Positions 21,401 through 34,418 of a stretch of DNA of 64,000 bases are shown piece after piece. This DNA is from Pelagomonas calceolata (taxonomy: Eukaryota). The notes beneath the pieces are model-generated. The model worked only from the letters and a program-made list of their open reading frames with translations, did not search any database and was not told the DNA's origin. The stretch is from assembly GCA_918797485.1 (NCBI GenBank), contig CAKKNE010000002.1, positions 5,704,001-5,768,000 on the forward strand. Direction: 5' to 3'. Position 1 is the stretch's first letter; each line of letters opens with the position of its first letter. The position numbers were made by a program, and so were the translations under genes.

Positions 21401-24400
21401 CGCCCTCGCTCTCGCCGACGCTCACGTCGGCGCCGACGACGCACGAGTACGAGGACAACCTCGTGGCCTACTACCCGATGACGCACGGCAAGCTGGACGA
21501 CGCCCACACGAAATTCCACGGCAAGGCATGGAGGCCCGAGCAACCTGACGTTCCCGATTCCATGATGGTTGCCGCGGATCTGCGGCAGACCGACGCGCGC
21601 GACGGTCCCCAGGGCGACGCGGTGGCGCTCAACAAGAGCTTTTACGAGTACATCGAGCTGCCCGACAACGTGACGAGGTCCATCTCCGGGGACCGGCCGA
21701 GGACGGTCTGTCTCTGGGCGCGGATCGACAAGTGGAAGAACGCCCGGATCTTCGAGTACGGCAGAAAGGCGCCCCAGGGAGAGCTGTTCGGCCTGCGCAC
21801 CTGGAACGTCCCGGGCGAGTTTGCGGTCGAAGTGCCATGGAACGTTCGGAACCATTGGGACAATCGAAACGTCAACCTGAGCACGAACGTCAGCATAACG
21901 CAGGCGCCGACGCCATCGCCGACGACGCCTCAGCCGACGCTGGAACCAGGCATGAGCCGCCGACTTGACGCCACCGGCGAGACTACGGCGGCCCCCACGC
22001 CGCAGAGCCCGTGGGTGGAAACGTGGCACCACCGCGTGCGTGACGCCGCGGAGCCGCACCCGAAGGAGAAGGATCGGTACCTCCCAGGGAACGTGACCCA
22101 CGTGGACGGCCGCAAGGAGGGGTTCTGGAAGAACGCGACCGTCAACACGAGCCTCGGCTCGCCGCTCTACATCGGCGCGGACATCCACGGCTCCAAAACG
22201 CTCGATGGGGCCGTGGACGAGGTGTACGTCTACGACAAGGCTCTGGAGGCCTGGCAGGTCGAGGTGCTCCACGGCATCCTCAGTCCGCCGCCGACGGCCG
22301 CGCCGTCTGCTGTACCGACGCCGGTGCCGACCCCTCCGCCCTCGCTCTCGCCGACGCTCACGTCGGCGCCGACGACGCACGAGTACGAGGACAACCTCGT
22401 GGCCTACTACCCGATGACGCACGGCAAGCTGGACGACGCCCACACGAAATTCCACGGCAAGGCATGGAGGCCCGAGCAACCTGACGTTCCCGATTCCATG
22501 ATGGTTGCCGCGGATCTGCGGCAGACCGACGCGCGCGACGGTCCCGAGGGCGCCGCGGTGGCGCTCAACAAGAGCTTTTACGAGTACATCGAGCTGCCCG
22601 ACAACGTGACGAGGTCCATCTCCGGGGACCGGCCGAGGACGGTCTGTCTCTGGGCGCGGATCGACAAGTGGAAGAACGCCCGGATCTTCGAGTACGGCAG
22701 AAAGGCGCCCCAGGGAGAGCTGTTCGGCCTGCGCACCTGGAACGTCCCGGGCGAGTTTGCGGTCGAAGTGCCATGGAACGTTCGGAACCATTGGGACAAT
22801 CGAAACGTCAACCTGAGCACGAACGTCAGCATAACGCAGGCGCCGACGCCATCGCCGACGACGCCTCAGCCGACGCTGGAACCAGGCATGAGCCGCCGAC
22901 TTGACGCCACCGGCGAGACTACGGCGGCCCCCACGCCGCAGAGCCCGTGGGTGGAAACGTGGCACCACTACTGCGTGACGTACGCCGCGGAGCCGCACCC
23001 GAAGGAGAAGGATCGGTACCTCCCAGGGAACGTGACCCTCTACGTGGACGGCCGCAAGGAGGGGTTCTGGAAGAACGCGACCGTCAACACGAGCCTCGGC
23101 TCGCCGCTCTACATCGGCGCGGACATCCACGGCTCCAAAACGCTCGATGGGGCCGTGGACGAGGTGTGCGTCACGACAAGGCTCTGGGCGCCTGGCAGGT
23201 CGAGGTGCTCCACGGCATCCTCAGTCCGCCGCCGACGGCGCGCCGTCTGCTGTACCGACGCCGGTGCCGACCCCTCCGCCCTCGCTCGCCCGGCTCACGT
23301 CGGCGCCGACGACGCACGAGTACGAGGACAACCTCGTGGCCTACTACCCGATGACGCACGGCAAGCTGGACGACGCCCACACGAAATTCCACGGCAAGGC
23401 ATGGAGGCCCGAGCAACCTGACGTTCCCGATTCCATGATGGTTGCCGCGGATCTGCGGCAGACCGACGCGCGCGACGGTCCCCAGGGCGACGCGGTGGCG
23501 CTCAACAACAGCAAGTACGAGTACATCGAGCTGCCCGACAACGTGACGAGGTCCATCTCCGGGGACCGGCCGAGGACGGTCTGCCTCTGGGCGCGGATCG
23601 ACAAGTGGACGAACAAAGCCCGGATCTTCGAGTACGGCAGAAAGGCGCCCCAGGGACAGCTGTTCGGCCTGCGCACCTGGAACGTCCCGGGCGCGCTTAC
23701 GGTCGAAGTGCCATGGAACGTTCGGAACCATTGGGACAATCGAATCAACGTCGTCCTGAGCAGGAACGTCAGCATGACGCCGGTGCCGACGTCAATTCCG
23801 ACATCTCTGCCGACCGAATCGACGGCACCAGAGCGCCGCCGCCGACTTGACGCCACCGACAGCGACAGCGACAACGCCGCCGCCGGCGCCACGCCGTCGG
23901 ACCCGTGGGTGGAAACGTGGCACCACTACTGCGTGACGTACGCCGCGGAGCCGCACCCGAAGGAGAAGGATCGGTACCTCCCAGGGAACGTGACCCTCTA
24001 CGTGGACGGCCGCAAGGAGGGGTTCTGGAAGAACGCGACCGTCAACACGAGCCTCGGCTCGCCGCTCTACATCGGCGCGGACATCCACGGCTCCGAAACG
24101 CTAGATGGGGCCGTGGACGAGGTGTACGTCTACGACAAGGCTCTGGAGGCCTGGCAGGTCGAGGTGCTCCACGGCATCCTCAGTCCGCCGCCGACGGCCG
24201 CGCCGTCTGCTGTACCGACGCCGGTGCCGACCCCTCTGCCGTCGGCCCCGCCGACGATCTCGCTTCCCCCGACGGCGCACGCCTACGAGTACGGCCTCGT
24301 GGCGTACTACCCGATGGACGAGGGCTCGCTGGCGGACGCCCACGACGGCGCCCACGCCGGCCGGGGCTGCAACGCCGCGGCCTGCGAGCCCGAGCAGACC

Positions 24401-27400
24401 CTGGCCACCACGCTCGCGCGCGACGTCGTCCAGGACGCGGTGGCGCTCGACGCGACCGCGAACCAGTTCATCCGGCTGCCGTACGCCACAACGGTGCCCA
24501 TCTCCGAGGATAACCCGCGGACCGTCTGCCTCTGGGCCCGGATCGACGCGTGGGCGGACAACGCCCGGCTCTTCGAGTACGGTAAGGGTCCGACGCAGCG
24601 CTTCGGCCTGCGCACCTACAAGACCCCGGGGCGCTTCTCGGTCATTTCGCACGATCCGAAGCGGCCGAGCACGAACGTCACGGTCGACCTCAACGCCAGC
24701 CGCCTCGTCGCGCCGCGGCCGACGCCGCGGCCGACGATACGAGGCCGCCGCCTCGACGGCACCGGCGAGACGCCGTTCCCTACGGCGGCCCCCACGCCGA
24801 ACCCCACAGCGACCCCCACAACGCCGCCGAACCCCTGGGTGGCCACGTGGCACCACTACTGCGTGACGTACGCCGCGGACCGCGCGAAGCGCAATCGGGC
24901 GAACGTGACCTTCTACGTGGACGGCGTCGCGGAGAAGACCTGGAACGCGACCGTCAACACGAGCGCGTCGCCGCTCTTCATCGGCGCGGACGTCCTCGGA
25001 ACGCACACGCTCGCCGGCGCCGTCGACGAAGTATATGTATATGAGAAGGCGCTGGACGCCTGGCAGGTCGGCGTGCTCTACGGCATCGTCAGCCCGCCGC
25101 CGACGGCCGTGCCCACCGGCGCCCCGACGAGCGCGCCGACGGGCCTCCCGACGCCGCAGCCGAGCCCGGCCCCGACGTCGCACCCGTCGGCCTCGCCCGC
25201 GCCGTCGCGCTACTTCCTCGAGGCCGCGCTCGTCGCGCACTACGGCATGGACGGCGGCGTCGCCGTCGACGACCACGGCCCCTTCGGCAACGCGACCTAC
25301 GTCGAGGGCCGGACGCGCAAGGACACGGCCCTCGACGGCACGGACGCCCTGAACGTGACGGGCGCGCGGAAGGGCGTGCGCCTGCCCGCCGGCGTCACGC
25401 GCCGCATCCTCGGGGGGCGCGAGCGGGGGGTCTGCCTCTGGGCGCGCGTCGACAAGTGGCGCAAGGCCGCGCTCTTCGGCTACGGGGCGGCCGCCACCGG
25501 AGGAAGCGCCACGGGCGCGCCTGGTAAACCGGAGGCCTTCGGCCTCGCCGTCGACGACGACGTAGGTTTCGTCGCTTTGGACTTCGGCGACGGCTATCCC
25601 GTAAAGGCGGAGGTCCCCGCGCGCGCCGGCCAGTGGCACCACTACTGCCTCGTTTATGATGACGGGAACGCCACGCTCTACTACGATAGCGTCATTCAGA
25701 AGACGACGAAGATCGCGCTCAACACGAGCAACAGCTCGCAGTTCCACCTCGGCGCGGGTTTGGATGGGGCCGACGCTCTGGATGGTTCCATCGACGAGGT
25801 TTATATCTACGAGGAGGCCCTGACCCAGGACGCCATCGATTTAATCTACTCGCGCGTGACGAGCCCGCCTTCCTCGGTGCCGTCGCCGGAGCCGTCCTCG
25901 ATGCCGTCGCGGGCACCAACGTCGCTGCCGACGGGCGTCCCGACGTCAGCGCCTTCACCAATGCCGTCGTCCATGCCGACGACGGCCGTGCCCACGTCTA
26001 AGCCGTCGGCGCCCCCGACGGCCGCGCCGACGCCGGCGACGCCCGAGCCCACGGGCGCGCCCAGCGAGGCGCCGTCGGCCATGCCGACGGTCGAGGGCTT
26101 GGGTGTGGCGGGCACGTTGAGGGCCGTGGCGCTGCCGCAGGCTTGTGACGATGCGGCGTTCTTAGGGGCCGTCGAGGCCGCGCTCGTCGCCGCGACGAAC
26201 GCGTCGCGCGCCGACGTGCGCTGTGTTGGATATGCCTGGACGCGGTCCGATTTATATTGGGGGCGGCGCCTCCAGGGCAGCGAGGGCGAGGGCGGGAAGC
26301 TCCCGGAGACGGCGGTCCCGACGAGCGTGCCCACTTCCAATCCTTCGGCGCTGCCGTCGCCGAAGCCGTCGCGCGGGCCGACGGCCGTGCCCACGTCAAT
26401 ACCTTCACCCGTACCGACGGCGTCGCCGGCGCCCACGAGCCTCGAGGCCTTCGAGCTCGACTACCGCGTCCACGCGAGCTACGCGCGGCACCCCGCCATC
26501 CGGGCGGAGACCTTCGACGACGAGGTCAAGACCATGATCAACGCGGCGATCGAGCGGGGCGTTTTTGTGGACGTGTTTAACAAAGAGAAGGTCACGGCCG
26601 AGGTCCAGACCGTGGAGACCGCGGCCATCTACCGGACGGTGGCGCCGTCGCCGGCGCCGTCGTTAGCTCCAACCACAACAGGCTATAGACTCGCCGGCAT
26701 CCTCTCCGCCGAGGTCGTGGGCGGCGACGAGGGCTTCGTCGAGGCCCCCATCGAGACGCTCGTCAACCTCACGAAGCCTCTGATCGTCAAGCTCAAGACG
26801 CGGCCGAGCGCCGACGTGGCCGTGACGTTGACGGCGGCCGGCACGGGCAGCGCGCTCCGCTTTTATGAGGAGGATTCAAAACGGCCGGGCTTCGCGCTCG
26901 CGTCCGACCCTGGTAGTACGACGTCCACGAAGACCATTCCGTCAAATACGACAACTCTCACGGTCATCGCCGGGGCGCTGCGGGACCGGGTCAACTCGGG
27001 GACGAGCTTCAGCCAGACCGTTGAGATCAGTCTCGATTCGGAAGACCCGAACTATTGTTGCGGGCGGCACACGGCCTCGTTTGAGCTCGAGGTCGGCGAC
27101 GTGGACACGTCGCTTATTAGTACGGGCAAGTTCCTGTCCAAAGTTCCGCCCGTGACGTCCGGGGACGGTGGTGCTACGACCATGAAGCTCGACGAGAACG
27201 CCGCGACGTACCAGTTCACGGTCTCGCTGACCTCGAAGCCCTTCCACCGCGTCGGGCTCGAGGTGCTGGGCGACGTCGACGCGTTTTCGGACATTACGTA
27301 TGGCGACGTCGACGAGCGGGTCTACAATCCGGAGCGGTTAGTTTTTGTGGATCCCGACGACTGGGCCGCGCCGGTGACCTGGAGCTTCCACATTGAAGAC

Positions 27401-30400
27401 GACGACGTCTTGGACGGGAACCGGAACTACAAGGTCCAGTTGAGGGCCGTCAGCAACGACACGAACTACGATGGGGTCACGTCGGCGACGCTGACGTGTG
27501 TTGTGCTGGAGGACGACGTCGCCTTCGCCACCGTGTCCGGCAAGAAGCTCACGGTCGGCGCGGGCGTCGACGGGCCGACGTTCGGCGACGGCTACTCCAT
27601 CACGCTGTCGGCGCCGCCCAAGGCCGACGTCTTCGTCGCGCTTGATATCGACGACGCCAAGGTGAAGGTAAATCCTAGATCACTGGTCTTCACGCCCAGT
27701 AATTGGGACCCCCAGGCCGTCGAGGTGAACGCGTCGCTCTACAAAGGCGAGAACAATACGTATATCATGGATTCGCGCATGGCTTTACTGACGCACACCA
27801 TGACGTCGGAAGATACCTTCTTCGACGGCATCGAGGTGGCGAGCGTCGACGTCGCCGTCGAGTTCTCGGCCGACAGCGTGCCGCCCCCGAAACTCGAGGA
27901 GGTGCGGTTCCTGGACGAGGGCAATGGATTAAATGTCCGCTTCGACTCGGCGACGAACCAGGTGGACGGCGCGTGGGACATCGACTGCGCTAAATTATTC
28001 AAGTACGACGAGTACCAGTTCGGCACGGAGGCGACTTGTAGCTGGTACAACCACACGGTCCTCAAGGTGACGTTCTCGAGCGGCGCGTCGATCGTCCCCT
28101 TCGACTACGTGAACGCGACGAAGGACAACGCGGTCTACCTCGTCGGTGGCGTCCTGAAGACGAACATCGCCGGCGCGACGTTAACGTCCGTCTCGCAGTA
28201 CGCCGAGGCCCAGAAGCCCTGGAACCCCGTCGCGCCGTCGATCAGCATCACGGCCCCGTTATCCGTTGGCGTCTGCGACGGCATCTCCCTGGACGCGCGC
28301 GGCGCGACGGGCGGCGGCAGTCGCGCCCTAACTTATGAATGGGGCGTTTTGACGGACTGGGACGCGGAAACGACCGAGGAGGCCGATTCCGTGATTGCGT
28401 TGCAAGAGAAGCTCGTGACCACCTCCACGGTCATCTCGCTGGGCTTTGGCGACCTATTAGCTGGAAGGGCCTACACGTTTCTCATTGCAGCAAAGAACTA
28501 CCTGGGCGAGACGACGACGGCCTTCGCGACCGTCAATAAACTAGGCTCGCCCTCACCCATGGTCCTCTTCCAGGAGAGTCAGATCGCTATGGTCCGCTCC
28601 GACGCGAAGACCTTGAAATTGGACGTGGCTCTACCGAATTTAACGTGCACGGACATGAACGTGTCCTCGACGGCCCTAGGCTTCGTCTGGCGCGCCTGGC
28701 GGTTGGACGGCGCGTCGTATGTGCGGGATGTTCCCCTCTTGTCAGAGTACACGGCGAACCCCGTAAGTTGCCGCCTGCCGAAGGATGCGTTGAATGCGCA
28801 GACGACCTATTGGTTTGAGGTGACCGTGGGTTTCGCGGACACGATGACCATCAACAACACGGCCGCGACGACCGTAAACGTCGGCGCCCAGGCGTTGGTC
28901 GCGTCCATCGCGGGCGGCGTCGAGCAGGCCGTGGCCATCGGTGACACCGTCGAGTTGGACGGGAGCCTGTCCGTGGACCCCGACGAGAATGACGCCGAGG
29001 GACCGCTCCAGTACCTCTGGAACTGTTCAAGAATAGTCGACGTGACCCTCGAGACGGGCGAGATCCAACGGCGTCTCGTCCACGACAAGTCGCTGCTGGC
29101 GCCCGTCGACGCGACGGCCGCGATCCTCGCGTTCGTGCCGGACACGACGAGCGGCTGGACCGGCGGGGCCACCTACGAGTTTACGCTGCTCGTATCAAGG
29201 GGCACGAGGACGGCCACCTACTCCATCCTCCTCTTCATCAGCGCGGACCGGTACATGCCGCGCGCGACGGTGACTGATTTTGATGAAAATCTGAAGTACA
29301 ACCCCACGGCGGACACGTACGCCGCCGTCTACTTCGAGGCGACGTCGCCCGACCCCGATAGGTACTGCTGCGACTCGGTCTGGGAGGTCGAGGGCGAGAC
29401 CATCAACCTCTTGGCGAAGGACGCGGCCGCGGCGTCGCCCATGCTTATTAATCTAGGCCTGACGCGGGCCAACGCCGTGTACCGCCTGAAGCTGACGGTC
29501 ACGGATGGCATCGGGTCCACGTCTTCCAGTGTCGTCTCGCTGACGACGAACGGCCCGCCGACGTCGGGCACGATGGCCGTCACGCCCTACCGAGGCACGG
29601 CTCTGCAAACGGAGTTCGAGTTTCTGCTGGACGCCTGGTCCGACGACCCCGACGACTACCCGCTGACCTACACCTATGGCTACCGCCAGCGCCTGAGCTG
29701 GGGGTCTTCGAGAAGGCGGCTGCAGCGGGGCGGTGCCAGTCGCGGTAGACGCTCCGCAGAACTGGCACCGCTCACACCTTTGGTGGCGGACCAGTACGCG
29801 AGCGCGTGGTTCTACACGACGCTCCCGAAGGCGGACAACATCAACATCACGTGCGTCGGGCGCGTCTTCGACCGCTACCTGAGTTTCGCGGAGGCCTACG
29901 CGCCGGCTCGCGTCGACGCTCTGGAAATGTCGACGGAGGATTTGTCGGCGTTCGCCGGCGATCTGCTCTCGGCCACGGCGGACACGGGCGACGGGGAAGC
30001 TTCCCTATCTCTCATCTCGAACGTGGCGTCGGTGATTGGTGGGGACGAAGAAACGGATGTGAATGGTACTGTCATCGAGAAGACGCCCGAGCAGTTAGCG
30101 GCGGAGCAGGCCCTGATCGACAACCTGTTTGCCGCGACCATAGCGGCCGCGAGTCAGGTCGGCACGGGGACGTCCGCCGCGGCCACATCTCAAGTTTTGA
30201 GCACGGTGTCGACGCTGAGCGCGAACCCCGAAACCTTATCGGAGGACTCGCAGAGCGGCGCGCTGGGTTTGATGTCTTCCGTCGTCGGTGGAGCGTCGTC
30301 GCAAGGTATCGACCCGGACACGGCCGCGTCCACGGCCTCGACGGTGTCCTCGCTCTTGGACGCGTCGCTGTTCAGCGGCGGCGGCGACGCGGACACGGAG

Positions 30401-33400
30401 CTGGGCGGCCAGATGGCGGGCACCGTCGGCGGTTTAGCGACGGCGATGATCGCCAAGGCGTATGGGGGCCAATCGCAAAGTGTGGTCAGCGACAACCTGG
30501 AATTGACGGCATTCAGGACGGACTGCGGGACGCGCGACTCGGCCTTCGGGCTGTCGACGGGCGGCGGCGTCACGGGCATGCCCGCGTCCGCCATGGACTC
30601 GGCGGGCGGCGGGTCGTGCGACGCGGCCGCGAGGAGACGGGGGCGGACGCGGCGGCGCTTACAAGATGATGATATTGCCGATGTTGATGTGAAAGTCGCA
30701 CAACTCAAGAACGTCTACGCCTCAGAGAGCGACAGCACGAATTCTGATCTAGTGCAGATCGAGATGGGCGCCGGCGGTTCGACCGTGAAGGTCGATGGAC
30801 TCGACGAACCCATCGTCCTCGTCATTGGCTTCGAGGCCTACGACCGCACGCTCGCGCCGGGCTTCGAGCCCGAAAAGGTCATCGACACGTGCTACAACCG
30901 GTCGCAAATCCTCAACGTGAACTGCTCGGTGCCCACGACGTTCAACTGCTCTATACCACAATTCATCGAGACGCAGTTCGGCAACAAGACGTTGTTAGCG
31001 CCAAAAAAGACGGGCGAGCCCTGCCCCGGCTCGCCGAAGGGCGAGCCGGTCGCTGTTACGGTGACCTGCCCCGGCAAGAAGCCCGAGTGCACGTTCTGGG
31101 ACCACAACAGGTCGGCGTGGGGCGGCGACGGCTGTCGGGTCGTGAACTACACGGGCTACAACGTGACCTGCGCCTGTACGCACTTGACGGACTTCGCGGG
31201 GAGTACGGGGCCCGTGGGTTCGACGGCCGGCGCCGTCGTCTCGACGTTACTATCGATGAATTTGGCGGACCTGCTGGAGGCGCTCGTCGTCCTGATCACA
31301 TTACTTGTTTGTTTGGGTTTCTTCGCTTTCTTGTACGCGAACGGCCAGTTCCAGGACGCGCAGGACGAAAAACATAGGAACCAGCTAAGGGATCGCGTCC
31401 TGCCGAAGGATGCGTTGCAAGCCGCGTCGCGGCCCGAAGTCATCTCGAGGGCGACGCAGAAGATCGCCATCGCCGCGGCCTTTAAGGCGAAGGACACGCG
31501 GCCCTGGTTGTTAGCTCCCTCCACTTATAGAGCGTACCAGCGGAAAGTGAGGCCGGTCAAGAACTGGGTCGCGACGGCCTTCCACGGCTTCGTGACGGCG
31601 ATGCGCCGCGAGCACAAGATCCTGCAGATCTTCTACCTGCCGGACGGGACGTTTACGCGGTCGGAGCGAGCCACGGTGTTGTGTGTTTTGGTCTTTTCTA
31701 CTTTGTTGGCCAATGCCTTCATACTGTCGGTCTACTCACATGCTCACATAGAAATACCAATCATAAACTGGAAGGTCCACGCCGCGAGCGAAGACCCGGT
31801 GAACGCCCAGATCGCGGGCGTCATCTTCAGTACCTTTTCCGCCCTCGTCGCGACGGGGACGTATCTATTGTTTGCATTCTTTTTCCAGAAGACGGGGGAA
31901 CCGACGGAAGAAGTGGATCACTTTTTGGGCGTGCCGGACGATAACCTGGACAAGGAGAATCGCGGTAGAGTGGCTCGTAGGCGAGAAGTACTAGCTGCCA
32001 TCGCCGAGTACGAGAACGCGTTAAATGCGCAGAAGCAGGTACCTAGGTTAGATAGAGAGGACCTCGAGAATAGCATTCATTACCACCCCAATGAAGAACT
32101 AGGGACTGCGCACCAGATGACGCAGCGCGAGCGCGTCGAGTTCGGGCAGCGCTGTTTGCGACGGAAGGAGGACGCGAGGAATGCTGTGGCTTTTAGGTAT
32201 CGCGCCGTCGCGAAGGCCCACCTCAAGTTCAACAACTACTCGAAGAAATGCGCGGAACGGCGCAAGGAGAAGGATAAGAAGGCCCTGCAGCACGACCGGT
32301 CGCTCTTGGCTCGGATCCTACCGTCGTGGCTCTATGTCTTCCTGGCGCCGAAGCCGCCGCCGCTCCATGTCTTGACTTTGGACGAGCGAGCTCTGTTCGA
32401 GGCGGAGGAGGAGGAGCTGAAGACCTTACCCTGGGACGCGAAGCTCGCTTTTAAGGCCCACGTGTCGCCGCTACGGCAGGCCATCAAGGTGCGACACAAG
32501 TCCTCGTGGTCCCCCGGGTGGAACAAGGTGTTTTTCGGCATGGCGGCGTTATGGAGTCTCTTCTGCGCCGTGATGGTCTTCGGTTTCTCCGTGCAACTGA
32601 ACAAGTGCGCGACCTGCGAGCGCCAGGACTTCTGGGTCTGCAAGGAGTGGGACGAGTGCGACAACCCGCCCTGCAGTTGTCTGCACACGCGGCCGAACGG
32701 CGCGGTCATTAACGACGGGACGGACCCGCCCAACCTACCGGCCTGGGCCGTGACGGACTGGGCCGCGAAGAAGGATCGGAACATATGCCGGTCGCCGGAG
32801 ACGTTTCTGCCGTGCGACTCCGCGCCGTCCACGTGTTACAACCTAAAGGAGTGCGAGGACCTCGCGAAGAAGGCCACGAAGCTGACCATGTGCGAGAAGG
32901 AGCGTTTGAAATGTTTCAGGATGACGGCTCGGCAGCGGAGCGGCGCCGCCGCGGTCGCCGCGCACGTCAAGCAGCTCCAGACGCTCGCCCCGAGCTGGGC
33001 GCCGGCGGACGTCGCGGACGCCGAGGCGCGCCGCGATGCCCTGAAGGACGAGGACACGGCGTGTCCCACGACGTGCGGCGCGAGCGTCTGCCCGCACACG
33101 CTGGCGCACTACTGCGGCAGTGCGGGCGCGAACGGCGGCAGCGTGGCGTGGCTGACGCAGGCTCTGATGTCCATCATCATCTCGCTGTTCATTTCCAATT
33201 CCATCTCGATCCTGATGAGCAAGGGCGTCCTACCGGCCTTTGCGCGGTTCTACGTTGGTAGAAGGGCCAAGGACCAGAAGGGAGCGCCGCCCGAAAAGAG
33301 GGGCATCATGGGCGTGTCCAACCGCGTGGACGAGACGGCGAAAAGAATCAGAGCCAAGTACGGCGCCAAGCCCGGCAAGGACTTTATGGATCGGCAGGCG

Positions 33401-34069
33401 CAGGACGATATCGAAGAGGAGGAGCTTACCGTAACTGAGTCAGAGAGCGACGACGATTTGGGTCCTAGTCCGGCAGAGCTAAGACTGGCGGCGGCGCGAC
33501 GGCGCGCGGCCATGGAGGCGCGCGTCGCATCAAAGAATGACGAGGACCCGATGCCTTATGTGGTGGAGCCTCCGTCGGCGCAATTCACGGCGCGCGACCC
33601 CTGGTCGAACTTTGAACCTCTCCATCTCAATAACATGAGGGTCGACATGCACGTGCAATGCGAGCATGCGACGCAGTGGCCGCGGCCGGACGCGCAGGAG
33701 ACCATCGCGAAGCCCCAGGTCTGGAAGTGCCCCTGCGGCGCGGCCGTCGGCCTGCCTCTCAGGAGAGACCATCTGAGGTACGACTGCGCGCCCTACCGCG
33801 ACTCGTTCGAGAACGCGACCCGCAAGTGGTTGGCAGCAAGGGACCCGGAGACGGGCGGCGCGGCGGTCCAGCGCGTCTCCATGATTGCGGCCTGCGGCGC
33901 CGGCGAGGCGCTCTGTGCTCTTGCTGTTAATAGGAAAGAGTCCGTGGCGCAGCGCAAGTTGCAAGCGGAGGACTATAGGGACGAGATGGAGCTCGCCGCG
34001 GAGGTGATTGCTGCGGAAGATTTACTGGAGCGGTGGCACGCCGGTGCAGGCGCCCTGTCCCCGAAGTAA
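15472..34069 (+). CDS. Giant (~6,200 aa) polycystin-1/REJ-like GPS receptor with tandem LamG-like domains; apparent frameshifts inside the repeat arrays
   Basis: Signal peptide MLLINLLACCAARG, then 26-aa NAT-rich repeats, 10 LamG-like units (WHHYCVTY, LYVDG, LDGAVDEVYVYDKAL), Calx-beta/Ig-like units (LVFTPSNWD), REJ (SVGVCDGISLDA, NGPPTSG..V.P..G.ALQTEF), GPS (CTFWD..W..DGC..VTCACTHLTDFA) and several TM segments. ORFs 15109, 19192, 20728 and 23147 are joined across small indels confined to the repeats. Confidence 0.75.
15604..16672 (+). repeat. Coding tandem repeat, 14 x 78 bp (PNATVAANATNSVNATPTAAPSPAPT)
   Basis: AATTCTGT recurs 14 times at ~78-bp spacing from 15631 to 16639. Confidence 0.95.
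16747..23317 (+). repeat. Coding tandem repeat, 7 near-identical ~942-bp units (314-aa LamG-like domain plus P/T linker), followed by 3 progressively diverged units to ~25860
   Basis: Unit start (G/C)AGTACGAGGACAACCTCGTGGCC at 16747, 17689, 18628, 19567, 20507, 21445, 22381 and 23318. Confidence 0.95.
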
Positions 34070-34418
34070 CATATGTTTGTTAGAATTACTACCTACCAAA
34101 ACTCCGCCGCTCCAGCGCATCATGCCACCGCTCCCGCAGCGACGCGTTCACGACGCCGCCGACGCTGAATGCGGGGATGATGCGCAGCATCCTTAACGTC
34201 ACGGTCTCGGGGTACGTCTCGCGCAGCGTTGCGCGGGCGCCCTGTCCCCGAAGTAAACATATGTTTGTTAGAATTACTACCTACCAAAACTCCGCCGCTC
34301 CAGCGCATCATGCCACCGCTCCCGCAGCGACGCGTTCACGACGCCGCCGACGGAGAACGCCGGGATGATGCGCAGCATCCTTAACGTCACGGTCTCGGGG
34401 TACGTCTCGCGCAGCGTT
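34049..34418. repeat. Tandem duplication (~187-bp unit) of the junction between two convergent gene ends
   Basis: GGCGCCCTGTCCCCGAAGTAA...GCGCAGCGTT at 34049-34230 and again at 34236-34418. Confidence 0.9.

Noticed and set aside
15565..23130. Long antisense ORFs (972 aa, 809 aa) and other Arg/Gly/Ala-rich overlapping ORFs across the window
   Set aside because: Shadow ORFs expected from high GC3 coding on the opposite strand; no recognisable motifs.
15870..23300. Frameshifts in the giant gene as programmed frameshifting or pseudogenisation
   Set aside because: Indels are confined to near-identical repeats where polishing fails and are often compensatory, while the ~10.7-kb unique part is fully open. 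Sequencing error is the simpler explanation.
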